A stretch of DNA of 57,281 nt from Minisyncoccota bacterium (GTDB lineage: Bacteria; Patescibacteriota; Minisyncoccia; Minisyncoccales; JAQTVQ01), in contig JBAZHV010000001.1 of assembly GCA_041652155.1 (NCBI GenBank), positions 1-57,281 of the forward strand, in the 5' to 3' direction. Each line of letters opens with the position of its first letter. Position 1 is the first letter of the stretch. The position numbers and the translations under genes were made by a program. Of this stretch, positions 43,324 through 50,892 are shown in pieces. The notes beneath the pieces are model-generated. The model saw only the letters and a program-made list of their open reading frames with translations, did no database searches and was not told the DNA's origin.

Positions 43324-43773
43324 TTATTCCTCTTTGGCAGAAACGATAACTTTTATTTCCGCCTCCAAATTATGGTCCAATTTTAATTTCAAAGGATATT
43401 CTCCCTGCTCTTTAATGGGTTCGGCCAATTCGATCTGGCTTTTCTTTATTTCAAAACCAAGTTCCTCAAGCTTATCAACGATCTTCTGCGCGCTGACCGC
43501 GGAGAAAAGCTGGCCCTCTTCGCCAACCGTCACGTCAATGATCACTTCACAGCCGTCCAATTTGGAGGCTAATTCTTGAGCTTGTTTTAATTCTTGCTCG
43601 GCATTTTTCTCCATATTTGCTTTTTGACATTCGAGCCACTTTAACGAATCTTTAGCGGCTACTTTTACTAAATTATTAGGAATTAAAAAATTTCTGGCGA
43701 AACCGTCGTTGACATCTTTGACATCGTATTTTTTCCCTAAGTTTTCTATATCTTGTAAGAGTATAACTTTCAT
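43324..43773 (-). CDS. rplI: 50S ribosomal protein L9
   Basis: MKVILLQDIENLGKKYDVKDVNDGFARNFLIPNNL. Start placed at the ATG at 43773. Confidence 0.85.
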   Translation of the reverse strand: MKVILLQDIENLGKKYDVKDVNDGFARNFLIPNNLVKVAAKDSLKWLECQKANMEKNAEQELKQAQELASKLDGCEVIIDVTVGEEGQLFSAVSAQKIVDKLEELGFEIKKSQIELAEPIKEQGEYPLKLKLDHNLEAEIKVIVSAKEE

Positions 43774-43840
43774 ACATTTGAACAGGCTGCCGGCCCTTTC
43801 CAACGAGGCTGGCTTGCTGCGTTTAACCTTATTATAATAT

Positions 43841-45058
43841 TTAAATCTCTGATGAAATGATCTCCATCGCTTTGTCCATCTGGGGGTCTTTCTTCTGTTC
43901 GTAATCGTCGGCGGTCATTTTGACCTCGAGGTCCGGCTTTATGCCTTGGCCGTCAATAGCTTTGCCTTCGGGCGTCAGCCATTTGGCTATGGTTATTTTT
44001 ATGCTGGATCCGTCATACAGATCAAATAACTGCTGAACAGACCCTTTTCCGAAAGAAGTTTCCCCTATTATAGCTATATTCCGGTTATCATGCAATGCCG
44101 CCATAAGTATCTCCGAAGCCGAAGCGCTTCCTTTGTTCGACAGAATGGCCACAGGGATCGAAGAAAAATAAGAAGGTCCGTTAGACTTGTATTCTTTTAT
44201 ATCGCCGCTGCGGAGCTTCTCCTTCAATATGATGGAATTTTTGTCCAGGAACCATCCGGCAATATTCTGGGCTTGGTTCACGAGACCGCCCGGGTTGTTT
44301 CTTAGATCTAAAATAATACCCTGGACTTTATTGTTTGATATGTCTTGAGCGGATTTTTGAAAATCATTATAAACCACGTCGGAAAATTGAAGAATTGTGA
44401 GATGGGCTATTTTCTTGCCGTTGATCTCTTTATACTCCAGCTCAACGCTTGGCAAATTTATCGTGTCTCTAACCAATTTGAAATCTTTCGTTTCTTTCCA
44501 GCCCTCTCTGAATATAGTCAAAATAACTTCCGTGCCCTTCGGCCCTTTTATCAAGGTTACCGCTTTATTGGCGCTCATTCCTATTGTGGACGTTCCATTA
44601 ACTTTGAGGACCTGGTCTCCCGCGAGGATGCCTCCCTTCCATGCCGGCGTGTCTTTTATGGGAGCCACCACCGTTAACCGTTCATTTTTAACTTCCACTT
44701 GCATTCCAACCCCGTCAAAAGAACCCGCTATGTCTTCCTGAAAAGATTTGGTCTCGTCTGGGTCAAAAAAAGTAGTATAAGCATCCCCCGAAGCTTCGAC
44801 CATTCCCCTCGCCGCCCCATAAATCAATTTATTTTGGTCTATATCCTGAGGATTGACGAAATTGCCCTCAAGCTTGGTCAAAACTTCGTCAAGATAAGAA
44901 AAATCCAAACTCGCCTGCGCGGCTTGCTGCTGTTGCAGAAAAATTCTTTCCGCCGGTTCTTTGGCTAAAAATCCGAAGGCAAAAGCTGCCACCAAATACA
45001 ATGCCGCCAAAAGATATTTAAGAGATTTGCCTTCCTTGCCGGTATCTTGTTGTTCCAT
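43841..45058 (-). CDS. carboxy-terminal processing protease (S41) with PDZ domain
   Basis: N-terminal anchor, PDZ (GILAGDQVLKVNG), LDLRNNPGG and GSASASEI. Confidence 0.85.
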   Translation of the reverse strand: MEQQDTGKEGKSLKYLLAALYLVAAFAFGFLAKEPAERIFLQQQQAAQASLDFSYLDEVLTKLEGNFVNPQDIDQNKLIYGAARGMVEASGDAYTTFFDPDETKSFQEDIAGSFDGVGMQVEVKNERLTVVAPIKDTPAWKGGILAGDQVLKVNGTSTIGMSANKAVTLIKGPKGTEVILTIFREGWKETKDFKLVRDTINLPSVELEYKEINGKKIAHLTILQFSDVVYNDFQKSAQDISNNKVQGIILDLRNNPGGLVNQAQNIAGWFLDKNSIILKEKLRSGDIKEYKSNGPSYFSSIPVAILSNKGSASASEILMAALHDNRNIAIIGETSFGKGSVQQLFDLYDGSSIKITIAKWLTPEGKAIDGQGIKPDLEVKMTADDYEQKKDPQMDKAMEIISSEI

Positions 45059-45090
45059 GAATAATAAAAATTAAATTATTTTTTGATCTG

Positions 45091-45672
45091 TTAGTATTCC
45101 TCTGATTTGCGCTGGTAAAAAGACTGCTCGTGATCGCAAGAAGGACACCTCATTGGGGCCTCTTTCCCGGTAAAGACGTAACCGCATTCGCGGCAAACCC
45201 AGGATATCTCTTCCTCTTTTTTAAATACAGTTCCAGCCTCAACCTCTTTAAGCAATTTCTCGAACCTTTCCTCGTGATGCTCTTCGGCCTTGGCGATCGC
45301 TCTCAACCTTTGGGCAATCTCAACCAAGCCTTCTTTTTGAGCTTCATCGGCAAATTCCGGATACATCTTAACGTATTCATAATTTTCACCGGCGATCGCC
45401 GCTTTTAAATTTTGCGCTGTGGTTCCTCTGATCGTCGGAACTTCCGCTTCGATGCGGATAACATCATAATCACCGCCTTTTTCCTTAAGCTGGCCTATCA
45501 TTTTCATCAGCCAGCTGGCATGCTCTCTTTCGTTGTCAGCGGTAGTCAAGAATATCTCGGCAATCTGCTGGAAACCTTCATTTCTGGCGATTTTTGAATA
45601 AAACGTATAACGGTTGCGGGCCTGGCTCTCGCCGACAAAAGCCCTAGCCAAATTTTTTATAGTATTTTCCAT
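45091..45672 (-). CDS. rbr: rubrerythrin
   Basis: Di-iron ferritin-like E..H motifs (GESQARNRY, NEREHA, AEEHHEERF) plus a C-terminal rubredoxin CRECG...CPSC. Confidence 0.9.
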   Translation of the reverse strand: MENTIKNLARAFVGESQARNRYTFYSKIARNEGFQQIAEIFLTTADNEREHASWLMKMIGQLKEKGGDYDVIRIEAEVPTIRGTTAQNLKAAIAGENYEYVKMYPEFADEAQKEGLVEIAQRLRAIAKAEEHHEERFEKLLKEVEAGTVFKKEEEISWVCRECGYVFTGKEAPMRCPSCDHEQSFYQRKSEEY

Positions 45673-45720
45673 AGATTTGTCCCATTTTTAAACTTATAGA
45701 ACCATTATACCAAAAAAACA

Positions 45721-45757
45721 AAAACCCTGTAAGCTCTGGAGAACTTGCAGGGTTTTT
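45721..45757 (-). terminator. terminator after the secreted-protein gene
   Basis: CCCTGTAAG / CTTGCAGGG stem with one G-U pair, flanked by A- and T-runs. Confidence 0.7.
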
Positions 45758-45768
45758 AAAAGCGATTT

Positions 45769-46281
45769 TTATCTCTTTATCGTCCGATTAAAAAGATAAA
45801 GGGTTTCAGGAAAATTATCCCTGAAACCTTCGAAGCCGAAATAACAAGAATAGAAAAGGTCAGATTTTAATTCTTCGATATATCCGGCCTCTTTTTCTGT
45901 CAAGACGCTATTTTTTTCGATGATATAACGGAATGGCTCATCGCCAAATTCTTCGAGATATTCCATCTTTCCGTTCAAATCTTTAACTATTGCTTCCCTC
46001 AACTCCGGGAATGAGATATCCCTTAGATAATAATAGCCCATTCCGCGCACGATCGCTCCCTCTGCTTCTTCGGAAGTAAGATCTTTCTGGATATAAACTA
46101 CCTTTGCTTCTAAATTTATACATCCATTTTCAAATTCGATATTATCCAGGCAGATACTGCTAATTTCCGAAGAGTTTTTCAAAACAAACGTAAGATCGTT
46201 AACACTTTTGGCTTGGACGGCCAAAGGAGAGCCTGACATCAAAGAAAGCAAAAAAGCTAGGACTATCAATTTTTTTATCAT
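45769..46281 (-). CDS. hypothetical secreted protein
   Basis: Signal peptide MIKKLIVLAFLLSLMSGSPLAVQA. No recognised domain. Confidence 0.5.
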   Translation of the reverse strand: MIKKLIVLAFLLSLMSGSPLAVQAKSVNDLTFVLKNSSEISSICLDNIEFENGCINLEAKVVYIQKDLTSEEAEGAIVRGMGYYYLRDISFPELREAIVKDLNGKMEYLEEFGDEPFRYIIEKNSVLTEKEAGYIEELKSDLFYSCYFGFEGFRDNFPETLYLFNRTIKR

Positions 46282-46390
46282 ATAGAATAAAAGAACCTTA
46301 ATTTAGATCTTCGCAACCGATCGCCACCTCCAGACAGCGACCCGAAGAACTTTGATACTATAAAACAAAGGCTATGCTATGTCAACCACC

Positions 46391-46420
46391 CAAAAAACAA
46401 AACCCCCTAAAAAGGGGGTT
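46391..46420 (-). terminator. terminator overlapping the stop codon of the upstream gene
   Basis: Minus-strand sense AACCCCC TTTTTA GGGGGTT TTGTTTTTT. The stop codon lies in the loop. Confidence 0.7.
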
Positions 46421-46853
46421 GGCGCAGGAAAAATTCTTTCTCTGCTTTGTTGATATTCCTTTGGACCGTAAGAAGATTGAAAACCGGTTCGGCTCTCTGC
46501 ACGTCCAGAGAAGTAAAGCCTCCGTTGAGGCAGCGGTGGCCGACATTCTTTGGCTGCATGACCACGATAGCGTCTCCTTCTTCCAGCCTTACAAAAGGCT
46601 TGGAATAAGGAATTTCCACTTCTATCCCGAGCCTTCTCAACATTTCTATGCTGAAATTATGCGCAGGGTTGATCGCTGTGGCGACTCCTCTTTTGACCAG
46701 ATATTTTACCTGATCAAGATCAAGCCCTATCTTGGAAATGATGCAATCTTTCTCCCCGAATATCTTGGGCGAAGCTGACAGCCCGAAATAAACGACCGGG
46801 CTCAATGCGGGAAGCTCAAACCTGTTCCCGATCCTCATTTTTGTTTTACTCAT
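46407..46853 (-). CDS. hypothetical protein, weak resemblance to DUF1874/B116-like fold
   Basis: GVATAINPAHNFSIEMLRRLGIEVEIPYSKPFVRLEEGDAIVVMQ resembles the AIGH..TA..L..LG.EV..NR....L..GD..LV.Q pattern. Start moved to the ATG at 46853 because an intrinsic terminator lies inside the longer ORF. Confidence 0.35.
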   Translation of the reverse strand: MSKTKMRIGNRFELPALSPVVYFGLSASPKIFGEKDCIISKIGLDLDQVKYLVKRGVATAINPAHNFSIEMLRRLGIEVEIPYSKPFVRLEEGDAIVVMQPKNVGHRCLNGGFTSLDVQRAEPVFNLLTVQRNINKAEKEFFLRQPPF

Positions 46854-46914
46854 TTTAAGGTTTGCCCAAAGGGATATTAGTGTAAAGCTCGACAAAGCTT
46901 TTTCCGTTTTAGAC

Positions 46915-46946
46915 AAAAATCCGCTCTTTGAGCGGTTATCTTTTTT
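46915..46946. terminator. bidirectional hairpin terminator inside the annotated 213-aa ORF
   Basis: AAAAAT CCGCTC TTT GAGCGG TTATCTTTTTT. Confidence 0.55.
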
Positions 46947-47038
46947 AAAAGAAACTTCAAACGGCTTGCTTGAAACTATTTTAGTCAAATTAAAATTTTT
47001 GTAAAGTTTCCTTAAAAAAACTTCTTCTCTACGCGCTA

Positions 47039-47067
47039 TTGACAACATCCGGCTTCTGGCTTAAAGT
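47039..47067 (+). promoter_or_regulatory. sigma-70-like promoter
   Basis: TTGACA (47039-47044), 17-nt spacer, TAAAGT (47062-47067). Confidence 0.4.
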
Positions 47068-47073
47068 ATTTCT

Positions 47074-47330
47074 TACACGCTTCGTTCTTTTATATCAGGA
47101 CTTAGCGGACAGGACATTGACCGGTTCTAAAAGCGGTCAGCGTCTTGTTCGTTAGGACCCTATCCTGGCTGCGGCTGGGATAGAAAGCGAACTAAAAAGT
47201 TTTGTCCGAGGTCTAAATCTTTGATACAAGGCCCTAAGACGGCCGCCTCTAAAAGCGTTAACCCGCTTTTATGCATCGAACAAAGGATAAAACTTCATCA
47301 AGCTCCACATGGATAATGGGAGCTTTTTGC
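47074..47330 (+). ncRNA. candidate structured RNA of about 250 nt, class unassigned
   Basis: ORF-free interval between the promoter and terminator AGCTCC..GGAGCT TTTT (47301-47328). Internal hairpins TGACCG/CGGTCA, CTATCC/GGATAG and AAAAGCG/CGCTTTT. Confidence 0.3.
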
Positions 47331-47455
47331 TTTTATAGCGATATTGACATATAGGCTATAATATTTTATATATATTCCAAGCTCGTTTATAACTCCCGTT
47401 TTTCTGAATTGGTTGTCGAACCAATAAGTAATTTAATTTAGAAAAACGGATACAA

Positions 47456-47950
47456 ATGGCAATATTAACCAAAAAGGAACGACCAAGGTTGCTCTTCGCC
47501 AAAAGACAAAAAAGGTTTGTTTTCGAACGCGTAGAAGGGACCCCGACACTTTTTCAAAGTGACGGGAAGCTATCTACGTATTTCGATAACATTCGGGAGG
47601 AATGCGGCAATTTGATCTTTTCCGTTAACGGCCACAAGGTCTTTACGGATAAAAGGAAATTGTTGTACAAAAATGGCGGAGAGATAAGGGACCGGATGAA
47701 TGGATACAATGGATTCCGCTTGGAGAGAGATGCCGAATTTCAAGCCATCTTCCAGGAAAAATGTGAAGGGCTGATCGTGGGGTATCTGAAAGATAACCAA
47801 ATCAAGATCACTCTCGAAAGTTTTTCTTACTCGGTCGAAATAAACCCGTTGCCTGTAGCAGGAACGAATTTCCAAAAAGGGAATATCGAAGCTCCTGCGG
47901 AACGGCAAAGGGTCTTGGAAAAGTTGTTCCAAATTAAAAACTGCGCTTAA
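47456..47950 (+). CDS. hypothetical protein
   Basis: 164-aa ORF with a TATAAT box about 90 nt upstream and a terminator at its stop. No recognised motif. Confidence 0.55.
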   Translation: MAILTKKERPRLLFAKRQKRFVFERVEGTPTLFQSDGKLSTYFDNIREECGNLIFSVNGHKVFTDKRKLLYKNGGEIRDRMNGYNGFRLERDAEFQAIFQEKCEGLIVGYLKDNQIKITLESFSYSVEINPLPVAGTNFQKGNIEAPAERQRVLEKLFQIKNCA

Positions 47951-47962
47951 CGGCGCAGTTTT
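47936..47962. terminator. bidirectional terminator shared by convergent genes
   Basis: AAAAA CTGCGC TTAACG GCGCAG TTTT. Confidence 0.75.
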
Positions 47963-48551
47963 ATGTTTCTTTGGATATTACTATCTCTTCCAGAGAAACC
48001 AGATCGCGTTCCAGCTCTTTAACAATATCTTCTCGGCCGATCCTTTCCTGTATCACCTTAAAAGCTTCCCTGTAAAACCAAACTTGGTCTTGAGGGGAAC
48101 CGACAAAACGTTTCCAAAATTTATCTCCCACTTCATTGTACGCTCCGATCATGGATCGCAAATTGTGAATTTTATCGGCCGCCGCCACCAAAATAGACTC
48201 TTTGGGGGCGGCTCTAAGATTATCAAGGTATCCTTGTTTTGATTCCCTCCAATATAATTTCCCGGCGGTTTTGAATCTGGATATTTTCGGTTCGGTAACT
48301 CCCTTGACGATATCCGCTATCTTTTTCCCGAAATCGCGGACCATATCATGATAAGAATAGCCTTCCACGTCTTCCAGAATATCATGAAGAAAAGCTGCCG
48401 CTATTGTATCCTGATCATCGCAATGATCGGATAGTATCCAAGCCACGGAAAAAGGATGGACTATGAACGGCAATTTATCATTGCGTTTTTGCCGGCAATG
48501 TTTTTTTGCGGAAAAATTAATGGCCCGCTGTATCTGCGGCGTTAACTGCAT
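47961..48551 (-). CDS. HD-domain (p)ppGpp hydrolase-like protein (small alarmone hydrolase type)
   Basis: AINFSAKKHCRQKR...PFIVHPFSVAWIL...AAFLHDILEDV is the RelA/SpoT-type HD motif. No synthetase domain. Confidence 0.75.
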   Translation of the reverse strand: MQLTPQIQRAINFSAKKHCRQKRNDKLPFIVHPFSVAWILSDHCDDQDTIAAAFLHDILEDVEGYSYHDMVRDFGKKIADIVKGVTEPKISRFKTAGKLYWRESKQGYLDNLRAAPKESILVAAADKIHNLRSMIGAYNEVGDKFWKRFVGSPQDQVWFYREAFKVIQERIGREDIVKELERDLVSLEEIVISKET

Positions 48552-48683
48552 AATATTTTAACATCAAAAAATATTTAAAAACTTTAATTGATTATATAAA
48601 AAAAATAAATACTTTGCACGTTTTTTAAAATGTTTAAGCAAAGCATCTGTTTCGCAGGGTTGGATTTTTCCCGCCGCTTCAAA

Positions 48684-48719
48684 TTAAAAAAGCGCTCCCG
48701 CCGATCGGCGGGAGCGCTT
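48684..48719 (-). terminator. strong intrinsic terminator
   Basis: 13-bp stem AAGCGCTCCCGCC / GGCGGGAGCGCTT, loop GATC, T-run on the minus strand. Confidence 0.8.
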
Positions 48720-48724
48720 GGCTG

Positions 48725-48991
48725 TCAAGCTTTTTCTCCTATTTTCGTTTTCATTCCGAACACCGTCCCCACTGCTATTCCAAGCGAATAAATAACCATG
48801 CCGAGCAGGCTCCGCTGGCTGTCCAGTTCGGTTAGTATGTTATAGAGTACTATCATCGACACTATAGTAACGATGAAGGAGAAAAATGCCGCGGGAACGA
48901 CTTTTTCTCTGGCGACAAAACGCCAATTAAGAGTAAGGAGAAAATCCTGCAAAACTCCAGCCAAAAAATAAGCGATCAGGTAGGCGATCAT
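48725..48991 (-). CDS. small 3-TM membrane protein
   Basis: 88 aa and hydrophobic. Possibly a UPF0316/DUF2179-like N-terminal region. Confidence 0.5.
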   Translation of the reverse strand: MIAYLIAYFLAGVLQDFLLTLNWRFVAREKVVPAAFFSFIVTIVSMIVLYNILTELDSQRSLLGMVIYSLGIAVGTVFGMKTKIGEKA

Positions 48992-49336
48992 AGGCTGTTA
49001 AATATTAAAACAGATTAGTTATTTTTCTTGCAAAAAATATCAAACAAAAAATTAGAAATTTTTTGAATTTTTTGAAATTTCCGCAAGATGGCTGATCGCG
49101 TACATGCGGCCAAATAAGCTTCGCGCCATAAAAACGCAACAGTTTATAAGATCAGAGCAGCCAGCCTATTGAAACAAATCTCTTAAGGGAATATTTTCAG
49201 AGCCGGCAGCCAAGGTGTCTGCTAGAGGCGGACGAAGCCGGGTGGATAGTTAGCCAAGATCGTCGGAAAAATCTTAAGCGATTCTCTGAAAGAGGTTTGA
49301 TTCAACTTTTCGTTTCCAATGGGTATGCGCCAAGTC

Positions 49337-49366
49337 TTGACTTAGCTGTCCGGCGATCCGTATAAT
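49337..49366 (+). promoter_or_regulatory. sigma-70-like promoter inside an ORF-free region
   Basis: TTGACT, 18-nt spacer, TATAAT. The spacer and -10 lie within the hairpin GTCCGGC...GCCGGAC. Confidence 0.35.
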
Positions 49367-49489
49367 GCCGGACAAACCTTTTTAGGAAACATTTATCCTT
49401 ACTCGTTATAAAATTCGGGCCAGACAGAATTAACCATCGGACCCGATCAACCGGCACCCCGCGTGGTGCCGGATCAACTTTCTGGATTG

Positions 49490-49562
49490 TGCCCCCAACA
49501 GGACTCGAACCTGTAACTCACAGCTTAAAAGGCTGTTACTCTACCAATTGAGTTATGGAGGC
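49490..49562 (-). tRNA. tRNA-Lys (anticodon UUU)
   Basis: Minus-strand sense GCCTCCATAACTCAATTGGTAGAGTAACAGCCTTTTAAGCTGTGAGTTACAGGTTCGAGTCCTGTTGGGGGCA. The cloverleaf folds by hand with a 7-bp acceptor stem, anticodon loop CTTTTAA and T-loop TTCGAGT. CCA is not encoded. Confidence 0.95.
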
Positions 49563-49612
49563 GTATTAGGCTGCCAATTGCCTGCCGGCAGGCAGGAGTT
49601 ATGGAGGCGTAT
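49550..49612. repeat. 17-nt direct repeat duplicating the tRNA-Lys 5-prime end around a REP palindrome
   Basis: GAGTTATGGAGGCGTAT at 49550-49566 and 49596-49612. CCAATTG is also duplicated (49544 and 49574). GCCTGCCGGCAGGC lies at 49580-49593. Confidence 0.75.
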
Positions 49613-49682
49613 ATTGCCGTTTATCAACAAACGACAATATCAAAAATACCAAATTTTCGCAAAAGAATCAAGAGAACAGGCT

Positions 49683-50786
49683 TTATAATCCTTCCTGGCG
49701 TAATTTTTCCAAGATCTCTTTTTGCTTTTTGCTAACCTTCTTAGGCGTTTTTATTTCCAAAATCACATAAAGATTGCCGGATCCGTAACCGGAGAAATGA
49801 GGCAATCCTTTGCTGGATATTCTCAATATTTTACCGGACTCGCTTCCCGCGGCTACTTTAAGCACAATATTTTTTCCTCCCAATGTCTGGACTTCGACCT
49901 CTCCTCCCAGTACAGCCTGCGAAAAAGATATCGGCAAGACCAAGTACAGATCGTCTCCTTTGCGCTTAAAGGAAGGGTGGTCTTTGACGAATATTCTTAT
50001 ATAAAGGTCTCCCGGCTTTCCGCCCCTTCTGCCAGCCTCTCCTTTTCCTTCCAATCTGATAACTTGATTTGTATCCACTCCGGCGGGAACGGATATTTTT
50101 ATTTCCTCTTCCTCTTTTACCCGTCCTTCGCCTTTGCAAACATTGCAAGGTTTTTTAGGTTTGTATCCTTCTCCTTTGCATTCAGGACAAACAGTATACT
50201 TGGTAAAAGACCCGAAGACGCTCTTTTTTATTTGCTGGACCTGGCCCGTGCCGCGGCAGGAAAAACACTCCTCTACCTGGCTGCCGGGCTCGGCGCCGGT
50301 TCCTTGGCATCGGCCGCAAGAAGCATATTTTTCGATATTGATCTTTTTTTCAAAAGTTTTCAAAACATCTTCAAGAGGGATCTCCATATCTATTTCTATA
50401 TCCTTTCCCCTTTTCAGATCTTGTTTTTTTCTGGATTGCTGCTGAGGAGAACCGAAGCCAAACATCTCTTCAAAGATATCTCCCAAGTTGTCGAAACCAA
50501 ATTCAAAATCAAACCCCGGAGGAGGATTCCCTCCCGGAAAACCGCCGAAACCGCCTTGCTGGCCGCCGCCGTTTGGGCTGCCCTCGAAAACACGCCCGAA
50601 TTGATCGTATTGCGCCCGCTTGCCAGAGTCCGAAAGGACCTGATATGCTTCGTTGATCTCTTTGAACTTACTTTCATCGCCGCCTTTATCGGGATGATAT
50701 TTATGGGCCAGCTTATAATAGGCTTTTTTTATCTCGTCAGCCGAAGCATTGCGAGCTATTCCTAAAATTTCATAATAATCTTTCAT
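49683..50786 (-). CDS. dnaJ: molecular chaperone DnaJ
   Basis: J-domain HPD (YHPDKGG), G/F-rich linker and four CxxCxGxG zinc motifs. Confidence 0.95.
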   Translation of the reverse strand: MKDYYEILGIARNASADEIKKAYYKLAHKYHPDKGGDESKFKEINEAYQVLSDSGKRAQYDQFGRVFEGSPNGGGQQGGFGGFPGGNPPPGFDFEFGFDNLGDIFEEMFGFGSPQQQSRKKQDLKRGKDIEIDMEIPLEDVLKTFEKKINIEKYASCGRCQGTGAEPGSQVEECFSCRGTGQVQQIKKSVFGSFTKYTVCPECKGEGYKPKKPCNVCKGEGRVKEEEEIKISVPAGVDTNQVIRLEGKGEAGRRGGKPGDLYIRIFVKDHPSFKRKGDDLYLVLPISFSQAVLGGEVEVQTLGGKNIVLKVAAGSESGKILRISSKGLPHFSGYGSGNLYVILEIKTPKKVSKKQKEILEKLRQEGL

Positions 50787-50892
50787 TTTTGGGTAACCTT
50801 TGAATTAAAAACTTTTAAATTCATTAGCGCAAAGCGCGCCCGACAAACCGATATTTTCTAACCAGCTGATGGGCGCGCCTGCCTTTAAAATT

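Noticed and set aside
47301-47324. TPP-riboswitch-like UGGAUAAUG segment
   Set aside because: There is no CUGAGA pyrimidine-sensor helix at the proper distance. The segment is simply the loop of a terminator hairpin.
49195-49260. Similarities to SRP RNA (GCAGCCAAGG) and to RNase P CR-IV (ACCCGGCUU on the minus strand)
   Set aside because: The partner elements are missing. There is no GGAA tetraloop or symmetric-loop context for SRP. No GGAAAGUCC P4 strand can pair with it (the candidate 5-prime strand has UUU where AAA is required). The spacing is also far too short for RNase P.
49440-49489. tmRNA-like 5-prime end (GGGGUGCCGGUUGAUCGGG on the minus strand)
   Set aside because: No T-arm/ACCA 3-prime end and no plausible tag reading frame were found within 450 nt. 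The GGGG is already paired in a local 8-bp hairpin.
49722-50765. 347-aa plus-strand ORF spanning almost all of dnaJ in antisense
   Set aside because: The opposite strand encodes an unmistakable DnaJ (HPD, four CxxCxGxG). The antisense product is low-complexity (F/L/S/R-rich) with no motif. Long antisense ORFs are a common artefact opposite conserved genes.
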